A stretch of DNA of 61,384 bases, the filler included, from Sphacelaria rigidula (taxonomy: Eukaryota), in the NCBI GenBank assembly GCA_964200075.2. It is 6 parts of 6 records of this genome, joined end to end, with 100 filler letters (N's around TTAATTAATTAA, not from the genome) between each part and the next. Parts side by side here need not be neighbours in the genome. Positions count along the whole stretch, not along the records: positions 10,249 to 20,396 come from CAXNAA020007032.1; positions 20,497 to 30,644 come from CAXNAA020007033.1; 4 more parts are not named here. The stretch is one strand, 5' to 3'. Below are positions 12,993 to 24,540 of this stretch, one piece after another. Made by a program: the position numbers and the translations under genes. The notes under the pieces are model-generated. The model did not search any database, had not been told where the DNA came from, and saw only the letters and a list, made by a program, of their open reading frames with translations. How positions within the stretch are numbered: the stretch's first letter is position 1; each line of letters starts with the position of its first letter.

Positions 12993-13449
12993 TAAAACGT
13001 AGTAAGTACACTAACACAGGGTGGAGCGGAAAAAACCGGGAAGGAGTGTACATGCTACAATGTGGTCATTTTCACGAGGCACTTAACCCAGGTGGACCGT
13101 GGAAGGACAAAATGAGCTACCGTCATGGATTCTGCTTATCCCTCTGTCGATGACTTGCAGTGTGCAGTTAACACATATGTAGTGGGCGGGGATGAAGGAG
13201 CGGTATATAGGCAGTTGAACTCGGTAGCTGAAAATTGCCCAGAACGTGCAAGGGAGTATGCAGCGGCAGCTGCTGCTGCAGTCGGAGCGGCGTACTACAC
13301 CGTGCTGTACTATACTGTGTGCATGCGCGCCACAACGCTGATGCCCTTCGAGGAGAATTTGCCGCATGCAACAAAGAGATAAATGGCGGTCCACCCCGAC
13401 CACAAAGGGCTCTGTGGCAAGGTGATGTGGACAATAGTATCATCCGAAG

Positions 13450-13531
13450 CCACAAGTCGCGGGCGGCCCGCCGGTCGCCGCATCCNNNNNNNNNNCCACA
13501 AGTCGCGGGCCGCCCTCCGGCCGCGGCATCC
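13450..13531. repeat. GC-rich ~36-bp tandem repeat spanning a 10-N assembly gap
   Basis: CCACAAGTCGCGGGC...GCATCC lies on both sides of N10 (13486-13495); true copy number is unknown. Confidence 0.7.
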
Positions 13532-13811
13532 TCTTATAAGCTCTCTACCGCGACCGATACTGCTTGCTACATCAGATGTACACTACCTAATGCGCACCCT
13601 GCACCTGAAAACAGACTAGATGAAACTTCCGGTCTTTGTCATAACGCTGCGATTATATACTCGGATTTTCAGCACGCCACTGTTTCGTCCAGACGCTAGA
13701 CACGTCATTCCTAACCAGCCTCATCGGTCGTTCTAGATGCCCGGTCCAAGAAGGTCAACTTGAGGAGTCAGGCGCTGAATTTTTGACACGGCATTTTTTT
13801 ATCATCAACAC

Positions 13812-14193
13812 GCCGGTCGCTCCGGGGCTCAGTTGGCAACCTCGAAACCTGCTGACGGCTGGGACGTGGGTTCGAATCTCGGTGCATTCTCACGATCTGG
13901 GATTTTCCCCTCACACCATGCCCAACGGTGGAGAGCGGATATGTCGTGGGTACACAAAATTCGACTTCGCGGTCGACAGGGGAAAGGGACCGCTGAACCC
14001 CTCTCGTGATAAAAGTTAAGGCAAGCACCGCAAAAGGAAGGTGAAGTACGCAACGAAGAGCGAAAAAAAACTCCTGTGTTGGCCTTCCTCCTGTGTGACC
14101 CCGGCTGCTGCGCCCACATACGCCGAAAGGTGTAGACCAGCGTCCAAAAAGATGGAATGACAACACACGCACGCGCGCGCGCGCACACACACA
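13812..14193 (+). mobile_element. tRNA-derived SINE, apparently full length, (CA)n-type tail
   Basis: Pol III A box GGCTCAGTTGG (~13826-13836) and B box GGTTCGAATC (13869-13878). A ~280-bp body is shared with 18175-18444. The tail is ACACACGCACGCGCGCGCGCACACACAC. Confidence 0.85.
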
Positions 14194-16373
14194 TTGTTTC
14201 TGGGAATACCAGGTAAAATGATGACAAAAAAATGGAGCGATTTAAAATTTCAGCAAAAACTGGGAAAGGTCATAGCTCCGTGAAAAAACGAAAACGCCGG
14301 CATCTCAGGTCACAAAAACGGCGCGTCTTGAAACACAGTTGTTGGCATATTGCTGACCAGGCGCTTGGTATACGTGCGAATATAAGCGTACGGCAAAATT
14401 GGGTATCCATGTAGAGTGATTGAGTTTTCAATAGAGTAGAATATTTGGAGGCGGCTGATCCGACACGAATCCACTCGTGGTCGGAACTTACAAGTAACAC
14501 ACTAGTGTCCAAAGGACGTTCGAGTAGAAGAACTAACAGTGCTAACATTTTCACCACTTTAACATCAAGATACAACGTACTGATTTTTTGTACACTGAAC
14601 AGAGCGCTCCGTTCAACACTGATCAGAATTTTGTTGCCAGCTCTTCCTCACCAATCCGAAAACTGCGTGCCACTTCCGGTCGGTGAGTGCGTTTCGATAA
14701 AGAAATATTCGGTTATTTTTCCCCAGAAGAAGTTCAACCAACACTGCATCAGCCACCGCGTGACGTAGTCCATGTACAAAATATACTCCGCTCCAGCGGA
14801 CTCTGGATGACGTCGATCGCCGACAAAGGCGTGTCCGCCAGTCATTCTTCTTTTTTTTTTTTTTGGCCAATCAGAAAACTGCGTGCCAATTTACCCGTCT
14901 GTCGTACAGCAGTGTACAATGAATGTATGATTTTGTTGGATGTCTCACGTGTGCTAATTGCCACCATTCGACTGAGCCCTATAAGCGCTGGAAGCCTCAG
15001 GTCACCCTCGGATTATTCCCCAACCTCTCAAACAACAAATCGCGAAAAACGACGACTTCGGCCCTATTGAAAACGCCATATTGCGCGGGTAAGGGGTCAG
15101 CGACTCCGAATATCTGCGGAAGGGTTGCCATTCGGAGTGAGTGGGTGATATGGAAGTGCACTGAAAGCAAGATATTCCCAGATCACCCTTTTACTCGCTC
15201 TTAGGATCAGGAGATCTGACAACTCCGGCGGTTACGAACGAATCGAGCACATGTGCACATTTATGCAACTCAAGAACGTTACATTTGCCCAGCTGGGTCT
15301 GCTGGCACATGACAGTGCAGCCGCGGTTTTATGTGCGAGTGCTTGATGACGACCCCCGGTGCAATATTCGACTAGATGAGGGCGATGACGGAAAAACACC
15401 GCGTGCGGTGTCTTGTCCTGTATTCTCCAAAGGTTTGCGAAACGATTTCCCCCACCGCCCGCAGCCAACCAAGCGGGACGAGCGCAAGTCCATACAAAAC
15501 ACCATACAAACCACAAGCAACGCGTACGGCACGAAACCGCAGACAGCGATGATCCCGTCCCCATCACAAACATTTGCTGCCCCAACGGCAACTCCTGGCG
15601 CTGAGGGCTGTAGAAGAGAAGGCGACCGAGCCTCGGTGGTTCACCGTTGACGCTGCGTCCCATAGCACATCGCCCTATTATAGTAAAGTCCAGGAAAGTA
15701 ATGGACTTTGTCCAGCGGTTGTAGGGTAACTATTATTCATCTCCTTCGCACCGCCGCACGCACCGCGGTGCCAGTTAACTGTTTTCGGCAGACCGCTATA
15801 CTACTGCATGCAAACTGTCAATTTGTCATCTATTCCCTACTATATGCAGATACTACTACTCTGTCTGTAGTACTGCACGTCGTTCATTTTCATTTTACCG
15901 TAAGCAAGCAGTACAGGAAGTTAGTGCGCTGTCTGTGCTGCACGTTGTTCATTTCTTTTTTCTTCTTCACATCCTACCGTATGCAGACACAGTGCAGACA
16001 GTAGTGCACTGTCTGTATACGGCAGGTTATTATTTTTTTTTTGCAACGTACCGTATGCAGAGGGGAAAGACAGCTCTTTGTTCTCTGTACTGCACGTTGT
16101 TCGAATTTGTTTTAGTACCGTGCATGATTGCACATATCCCGCGAGAGTTTCAGCCGAAATGTTTCTATTTGTACCGAAACGAGGTCAGGCGCTCACAGAG
16201 GTGAACGATATAGAATGAGTGTACTCCCTACAAGTATACTTTTCGCGTACCCACGGTGACTACATCGTTCGGTACGTCTTCCAGTTTTGTCCTCTGCTTT
16301 TTCATATTCATCAACCCCCTGACTACGAAATGAAAAGTAGTCATTAACCATTGACCTATGCCATGTATGTGAA

Positions 16374-16491
16374 CCCTTTTGGAAGTCAATGGCGATTTTT
16401 ACTGTCGTGAATCGGCATCATTTTGACTTGAAATGTGTGAAAATGATGCCGATTCACAATGACAAAACATCGTCAATGGCTTCCAAAAGGG
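16374..16491. mobile_element. Palindromic MITE with piggyBac-type termini
   Basis: (TGAA)CCCTTTTGGAAGTCAATGGCGAT...GTGAATCGGCATCATTTT / AAAATGATGCCGATTCAC...ATCGTCAATGGCTTCCAAAAGGG(TTAA). CCC..GGG ends and a TTAA target are the piggyBac signature. Confidence 0.85.
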
Positions 16492-18174
16492 TTAACGTAC
16501 TAATATGCCGCTACTAGGGTTTCTTGTCGGCCAGTTTGTTCATCTGGGTGCATTTTCTCTAGCCGTGGAAAGTACCATCTTCAGCTCGCAAGTAGAATGA
16601 TGTAGCCCCCCACCAGAGTAGTAACGTTTATTGTGCGTGGTTGCCCGGGAATTTTTACCTGTTGACCGCGGGTCTGAATGAAAGTATTGATTCGACGGCA
16701 TGAAAAAAAACATACAAACACGCATGGTTGGGTTCGAGATAGGGGGTGGGTCCATGGGCACGGCTCAAATTATACAAGGCATGTACTAATTTCAACTAAT
16801 TTGATTTAAATTATCATCAGTCCCCCTACATTTTACAACGCATCATCTAACGCAAGTTTAATTTTAGGATGGACTCCGTCACACTTGTGTTCGTCGGCCT
16901 TCTGCAGCCCGTAGTCGCAGTACAGGGCCGTGCTGCGGAGAGATAGTATCCAGGACAACAACGGCCTCACAAGGGTTGCTTCGTCTTTCTGTATACGGGT
17001 TGGTGTACCCATCGTTCGCTTTGAGCGTCATGATGCCTGCGGGATGGTTGCGGTGGCCGGGGTTGGCTTTGCAGTCTCCATTTGCGCTTGGGTTGCTCCT
17101 GTATCCTGCACGGCGTTGGATACGGGGCATGAGATAAGGCAGTGCTATCGTCGTCGTTGTGCGATGGTTCATGCTGCCCGGACGGCACGGCCCCGAGAAA
17201 AGGACTAAATCGGCATCAATGCTGCTGGCTCCCTATTGTTGGCCGGTGTGCTTTTGTCCTGGATGGCTCGTGTTGATCGGTGCCGTACAGAGAGTACTCA
17301 CGCGGTGCCCACCGCCTGGCTAGGGTTGGTGCATCTTGCGGTAAATATACAATTGGTACCGCGACAGAAATTCTTTGGAGATGCAATGGCGAAGACGATC
17401 AAGCACTCTGTACACAGACATCAGACAGCTAACGCAAACATGTGTTCCTCTTGCGTGTGAGACCCCGTGTGCTAGAGCATTGCTCTCCTTGGAAGGTATA
17501 CCGTGAGCTTGTTCCATGATGATATCGTGCTTGTGAACATATCATCGGTATATACATGTTATACTGTCCTGTTCTGGGCTGTAGCCAGCTAGCGGAGGGA
17601 AATGAAGCCCAGAGCGGGCCTGGACAGAAACAAATCCCAACAATTCAATCTTATTGACTTCTTTGCGGCATGGGGCTTGAGTAGCGCACGTGTGTCCACC
17701 AACACAGGGATCCCGGGTTAAATCCGTTCGAGAATCATGGAAAACAACGAAAATATAGATGATTTGAGTTTAATTATTATACAACGATCCGTACCCATGA
17801 ACTCGGTGCCTCGAGATACGTTCACCCGAATCTGCCGCCGAAATCCATGATCGACACACAAATGTTCACGGCTAGAACTGACATTACCTCTATTATGCCT
17901 AATCGTAGCCCATGCGATGTCGAGAACCCTCGGGTAGGGAGGGTGAGGGATATGCCCCAGGCAGAGTATGCGTCGGCAGAGCTGATATCGCCGCCTAATT
18001 TGAGCAAAACTCGTGCTACTGAGGCTAGCGATGATTTGAGACTGTCAGCCCCCCGGCCCCTTCCCCTGAAGACGCCCCCCCCCTTCCCCTGAAGGTCCGC
18101 ATGTTATGGTCCACACTGGAACTACGTATTTTCAACCGTGGAACTTGGCCACGAATTGGGGTGAGCTGGTTCTA

Positions 18175-18444
18175 TGTGTGTGTGTGTGTTATCATCCCAT
18201 CTATTCTGGGCGCCAGTCTACATTTTTCGGTACAAATGGACGCATCAACCGGAGCCACACAGGGGGAAGATCAACACAGATTTGGTTGTTGCTTTTAGCA
18301 CTCCACCTTCCTTCTGCGGCGCTTTCCTTCGTTTTTTATCACGACAAGGGCTCAGTGGTTCCTTTCCCTAGTCGACCGTGAAGTCGAGTTGTGTGTACCC
18401 ACTGCACAGTCGCTCTCCGCTGTTGTTGGGCATGATGTGAGAGG
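18175..18444 (-). mobile_element. 5'-truncated copy of the SINE at 13812-14193
   Basis: (TG)n followed by ...CACCTTCCTTCTGCGGCGC...GTCGACCGTGAAGTCGA...GTGTACCCAC...TTGGGCATG, the reverse complement of the SINE body. The tRNA head is absent. Confidence 0.85.
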
Positions 18445-18457
18445 TCAAGGAATCTTT

Positions 18458-18610
18458 CACATAGTGTACAAGTACAATAGTTGGTAGTTGTTCCTCAAGC
18501 AACTAACTGTTGAGAATCGTGTGCAACTAGTTGTTTGGAAACAACTAGCCGGTAGTTGGTCGTCAAACAACTAATTAAGTTAGTTGTTGGTCATAGTTGT
18601 ACAGGGTGTG
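18458..18610. mobile_element. Mini-element with CACA..TGTG ends and TAGTTG/CAACTA motif clusters
   Basis: Imperfect TIR CACATAGTGTACAAGTA vs CACACCCTGTACAACTA. Flanks GAATCTTT / AAATCTTT may be an 8-bp TSD with one mismatch. Confidence 0.55.
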
Positions 18611-18702
18611 AAATCTTTGCAGTCAACATGCCCTTTACAACCCCCCCCTCCCCCCCTCCCCCTCATGTTGCCCTTGTCCGTGCTGTACCTTCTGTTGTCC
18701 AG

Positions 18703-18920
18703 GTAGAGGATTAGGCAAGAACGACCCTGCTGCAGGGAACGTGAACGATACGGAAACGGAGGCGGAGGTTGAGTTCGGCCCGGCGCCGAATCCACACGCG
18801 ACACCGAAAGGATTTTTCTGTCCCGTGTGTCAGGAACACGTGACGTCCGTGAGTGAAGACAAACACAACACCTCCATTCTGCACATCTTCAACCAGCAGC
18901 ATCGGCCGCAGTCAAGAAAG
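18703..18920 (+). CDS. GPANK1: Internal exon with a C2H2/U1-type zinc finger, GPANK1-like (G-patch and ankyrin repeat protein)
   Basis: Acceptor TGTTGTCCAG| and donor AAG|GTGAGA. Translation ...PKGFFCPVCQEHVTSVSEDKHNTSILHIFNQQHRPQSRK has the FxCxxC...HxTSxxH motif that precedes the G-patch in GPANK1. Other exons were not identified. Confidence 0.6.
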
Positions 18921-20396
18921 GTGAGAGATATGTACACGACAAAGCACAGCACAGCACAAGCTCAAATCAAACGTAATATTTTTTTGTTTGTTTTTTCCCC
19001 TTGGATGAAGGAAAAAACCTCACCCAACACTTACCCCGAGATCGGGTTCGTCTGCCGATTAGCCGGAGGCTCGGCTGGACGATCGTGTGGTGGTTATGTG
19101 GGGGAGAAGGCACCTCGAGCGTTCGGAAAGCTTTGCTCAAGGGAGTGTGGGAGTTGAACCCGCTAAATCCACCGTCAAGTTGGCGCAGAGCACGCGCCGC
19201 TCTTCTCTTGTGAGCTTGGGCCCTTGCAAACGTAATGGTGTGAAGAAAGTACGCACACACAGCACTATTGACCTTGAAATACAATAATAATAATGAAAGA
19301 TTGTGTTGGTGAAATAAATGAACCTACAGTACACTTACGGAGACGGGTTGCGACCAAATAGTGCGAAAACTAGTTTGTAGCAATTTCGAGCGCTGTACAC
19401 ATATACGGAGATGGATGTTATCTCCTGTATGGCCACGGTCTATCGCCAACATCGCTTTTTAGTTGCTTCTTGTGTCGCGGTGAAACACCTCGGAGGGAAC
19501 AAAGAGGCGGGCTGGGGGACGCGGGTTGCGAATGTGTCGGGTAGCTAGGGTGGTACATCGATACCGGTATTGCCGACATCGATGTCTCAAACCGTCAAGA
19601 TACATCTTACTTGTCGGTATATGGTATTGGCATCAATGTGCCGTCACCGGCTATAAAGTTACCCCTCAAAGGAGGTCATTATCCGTTGGATGAGTGACCT
19701 AAGAGCGATCAGGCTTGCGCCCGCGCCTGGTGCCCAGAAAGGCGCAATCGCCGACATAGTTCGCGATAATAGCGTCGTTCCTTACCCGTACACAACCGTG
19801 ATATTTTTGGTGCTAGCCTCTGTGAACTAGCCTGAAACACTGTTTCACCTCCAATGCTACTAGGGTGATACCGAATAGGTAGGAATTGTCGATATTTCGC
19901 CGACGTTGAGGTTCATTCAAGGAGATGAGGTGGGCGCATGCGAATTATCCGAGGTATGGAGATATGAAGAATACTCCTCAGGGTGTGTTGGGTGGGGTAT
20001 TTTCTGCATTTGGATATTTTGAAAAATCGTTCTCTTCAAGTACCCAAAGACTGGGTGAATTGTCAAGATTGTACTCAACAAAATGCAGGTATTGGGCAGA
20101 TTATTGCGGTCGTACCTATTATAGCATTATCTAATGTTTGGGTAAAGTTTGGAGATTGGACCATCGCAACACGAATTTCGAGAGAGTGAAGTACCCGCGT
20201 ATTTACCTTCCCTAACACGCACCCCTTGGATTAGTGGTAGTAGTGCTCTCTGGGTCTAGCGTCTTGACATCATGTTTGCTAATAATATAATAGTGCTATT
20301 TTACCGGTACAGCAGGTGGCCTTGTATAGTGCGGGTATGGGACAGGCGATTTCACCCGCACTAAACCGGGCACCCGCACAATATGTTTTTTGTCCT

Positions 20397-20496
20397 NNNN
20401 NNNNNNNNNNNNNNNNNNNNNNNNNNNNNNNNNNNNNNNNTTAATTAATTAANNNNNNNNNNNNNNNNNNNNNNNNNNNNNNNNNNNNNNNNNNNN
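20397..20496. other. Artificial contig linker
   Basis: N44-TTAATTAATTAA-N44. Confidence 0.98.
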
Positions 20497-22390
20497 GTGG
20501 AAGGATGTCTGACACACTCATGAGCCTTTTTTTTTTTTTAACCAAATACCCCCCCCCCTATCGTAGGATGACTCCGGGGGACACGCACACGGAAGCTGCT
20601 ACCTTGAGAGAGGAGGGATAGACGTCAACAACAGGTAGGGAACACACTCACACGTGAAGACGGGCCTTAAGACACAGCTGTAGAAACACGCAAACACTGA
20701 CGCAACGACACAAACGGCACAAAACGGCAAAGCATATTTCACGACAAATGAAGAGATGTGCTACAAATATTCGGCCAACGGCTGAAGTGAGCCTTGGAGT
20801 GCAAGTTTCAGCAAGATATTACGAAACAAGCGAGGATTCCTTTGCCCGGAGTGTGTTCCGAAGTGTAGTGAAATTTTCCCTGGTTTAGGCGCAAACATGC
20901 GAATCTAGCACCGTACCAGACCACGGGAACGGAAACTTGTGCGCCCCGTTCACATTTGAAACCGTATCGCGAATTTTCGTCACCGTATCGTGCCGTATCG
21001 TGAAACAGATTATGCGAAGAACGTAATGCCGGACCGTGAACAACACATACCATACGGTGAAGATACCGGACAGGAAGCCTTCTCCACGATGAATTCGCCA
21101 TAGAAAACCCGCGGCAGTTGCACTACTGTGTGTGTGGCCCAAGGTGCAAGTCAAACCTCAAACTGTGGTTCGATTTATCGGAACAATGATAAATTTCTTG
21201 ATCCAATGTCCTCGTTGTTGTGGCCGCTTCCTATGATCGGACGACTACGCAAAACGTCAGCCAGTGACGGTCTCCCAGGAACAGCAGTTTTCGAACCCGT
21301 TCCGTACAACTCCGAAAACAAAATGACGCGTACGCTGGCCCACCGTGATCCTTGAAAGAGTTTACTTGGTGTGCGAAACAGCAACCGCTATACTGTACGT
21401 TGTCCGTATTTCTGTACTATACTGCTCCATGTGCACGGCTGCATTGCACGTACTGAACAACTATGTGCTACACCTGTGGGTGCTGGATGTACAGTTACAC
21501 AGCGGCACTGGCTGCAATGTAGTGTTGCTCCATCGTACACTGTGCTGTCTGTACTCGACGTGTGCAGCTGTATCCTCACATATGTTTAATATCTGCACAG
21601 CTGGCCGCACCATGCTTGATGGAGGCGTTTTTGTGATCCACTGCGTCGACAAACTTCGATTTCTCCTACAGGTCGTTTTTCTCAACGAGATGGAGGCGAA
21701 AAGCATTTTTCAGGGGGAATCCCCGTTCGGAGACGCTCTCCCTCTCTCTGAAACGTTCCATAGGAGCGGTTCGAGCAACATCTGAATTTATCACCAGAAA
21801 CACGTATATCGGAGAGACTTCATTGGATAAGAGAAGCGGGGTTGGAGGCGGCTGTTCGATAGTTGTGTGTGCGCGTGATTTGTCCTTGCATCTGATCACG
21901 GGTGTCAGCAAATAAATTCAAGTATCGAGTGAAGAGGGAAACGAATGCGCGAAGAAAACGGTCGACGTGCAAGGGGAAGGGACCGGTGACGTGGTGAGGC
22001 GTTTGATTTTCACCTGGTCGAAACATGAAAGCATTTGCCCGCTTTTGAGGAAGTAATTTGCTCCTATTTCTACGACTTACCGCTTAGTGTACAGAGCGTA
22101 CAATACTGGAGGACACGGTATTACTTCGTGCTGGAAGGAGAGTCTGCTGTTGTGTTCGGTGTGCTGTCGTGAGCCAGAGAACGTCGATATTTCGATATTT
22201 TGCTAGTCGCTTTCGCTATTTTCGCTTTCGATTGGTGTCGTGTGTTTTTCTTCCTCGATACATTGATGCCTTAGTAAGGCCATCGCTTCTAATTTCTCGC
22301 TTTCGCTTCCAGTGCTGCACTCGGGAATACGCACGATCGACGGCTGTCGGGGTCGCGATTCACTCACCTCCTTTCCACGCCTACATGGTT

Positions 22391-23335
22391 ACAGTAGTGA
22401 AAATCTGAAGAGGAGATTTTCGTAGTTTTCCCGTGATCGGGGATATTGGACAGTGTTTTCGCGCACCACCGCTCGTCAAAGTGAACGTTTGCTGCCAACG
22501 TTTGGGCACCGGGAGATACCAAGAATCCCCTCCATATTCCGATATAACATCACATTTGTGCTTATTATGGAACGCCTCACGAGCTGACCGGCTTTCGAGG
22601 GTCCTGAGACTACCCAGCCTCAGGTTTTGACCCTCGACCATTTTCGCTGAGTTGAAGCAATTCCAGTCCGTTTCATAAATGAGTGAAAATGATGGCTTCT
22701 TCGAATTGGTTCACCTAATTATTGCTCAAGAGCCGAAAAACTGTTGTACCAGAAACAGTCGATAATATTCCGTGATAAACAAGGAATATATTACATATCT
22801 CCCCGAAAACACCAATTAAGGTTCATGTTCTGAGCACGACCTGCTTTTGTCCAAAATCTTTATCGACGCCAGGACTTAAAAGCGTCAAGAACGGATACTA
22901 GACGAAAAAATTCAGAAAAATATTCAAAATCGAAAGTTGTCCAACCGAGCTCTGAATAGCACAGGTGGGGGTAAACCAAATGCCATTACTCTTGATAAAA
23001 ATTATTTCACGGACTCTCACCTTTTCTTTTTTATCGACTCATTGCGCTAGAGTCTGAAATAAATGTGTTTTGGACCAAAAATGATCAATAACATCCCCTG
23101 TCGACCAACTCTTCATCAGTACCATCCCCTGTCGGCTCAGTTCGAGAGTGGTTCAATGTTGAGCGCAGAGACGATTTTTTTTCGGAATATGAAACGGGTG
23201 CCTAGCATTTCCCGACCCTCAAACGTTGGTACAACCCTTCGCTGGCATAAGTGGTGGCGCGCGAAAACAAACATCGAAAATCGCCGACTATGAAAAAATT
23301 ACAAAAAAATCCCATTTTGAACGAAAACCACTATA
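22391..23335. mobile_element. Old foldback / long-TIR non-autonomous DNA transposon (~940 bp)
   Basis: Left TGTTTTCGCGCACCACC...CCAACGTTTG...CATATTCCGA is mirrored by right TCGGAATATG...CAAACGTTGG...GTGGTGGCGCGCGAAAACA. The arms are strongly diverged. Confidence 0.7.
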
Positions 23336-23479
23336 CGTACGGTACATTACAGCACAGTATCGTTCCACAGTGGGAATGTCGATACCAGCGGTTCTCGGGG
23401 GTAGATTACCGAGGAGTTTGATTTCATAGGGACCACAAACACTTCACACCCTAGACGCGTCTGTAAACCTCCATTTGAT

Positions 23480-24540
23480 GTCTATACTTGATATCGAAGA
23501 CCGCACATTCCGGATCTCGATAAGACATGTTGGCATGTGTTCCAGTTGAGATTATTGAAGTCGTAGTATATGTTCACATCATCGAGGTGGGGTGGGTTCA
23601 TGCCGACATATGTAGGACACGAGGTTGCTCCCCCATGTTTTATCATGTGTGGCGATGGATATGCCGACGAGTAGTTAGCCACATATATTATAAAAACAAG
23701 TAAGGCCCGTTGTTGCGACAATGGATGCCGAACAGGGACTATGCGAGCGGTATTGGTACCATGATATAGTTTTGTGCGCACCGCGGGCCGTCGACGTAGT
23801 GCAGGGACCAACATATGTCGAAGATGCTTCAGGTGATGTATTATGGAAGTGTGATGCACTTCGCAATACATCCTCGAAACTGTGAGCAGATCTGGCGAGA
23901 AAAACGTTCAATCGCAAAAATTGGATTTCAACTGACGAGGTTACCCATCGAAATATCAACGACCACTGCATGAACCACGACAACGTCTCATCTGTCTGCA
24001 GATCCAGTGGGGAAAATGTTCGCCGCAGCTTGCTCACAAGTAAGGAGTTGAAACACGTATCATGCTTCAAATTTTCTCCAGTATGCTTCGAAGTGAGGAG
24101 GACACGTACTGTATTTGGAAGTCTGATGCAGCTGACTGCTGCACGTATTTGGCGAGTGCCACTGACTTCTTGTTTGGGGGTTGATGTATACGTGCCTGTT
24201 GTATTTCCTCATCACACCATCCTTGCGCCAGCACCAACATATTGGACCGACGACCACTAGGAGATCAAAGACATCTTCGTACCTGTCTGCAACCATGGCC
24301 AACGAATATCTCGCTCCACCTCACTTTCAAGTGAGGTAGGGCACTCGACGATCAACGACAACCCCAACAACCGCCGTATCTATGAACATGTCCGCAGCTC
24401 CAGCTAAGACAAACATCGTTTTCGTTCTTTTTCGAGTCTGTACATTGTACACACTGATTTTCATCACTGTTTCCGTCCGTTCCCAATTGATTAATCTTGA
24501 CGCTTGATTTCAAAATCCATAAAATGCGTGCAGCCACGCT
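23480..24540 (-). pseudogene. Decayed intronless coding remnant with ADP-ribosyltransferase (PARP/Gig2-like) motifs
   Basis: Across frameshifts: IFAIERF..CSQF, then KLYHGT (23755-23772), SASIVATTGL....G*LLVGISIA or IYVANYSSAY, then DPECAVFD (23493-23516). Motif order matches H-Y-E ART domains. Confidence 0.35.

Noticed and set aside
13812..13890. tRNA gene
   Set aside because: It has A and B boxes but no clean cloverleaf, and it continues into a body shared with another dispersed copy, so it is a SINE head. The B-box-like motifs at ~28030(-) and ~51060(-) likewise lack a cloverleaf.
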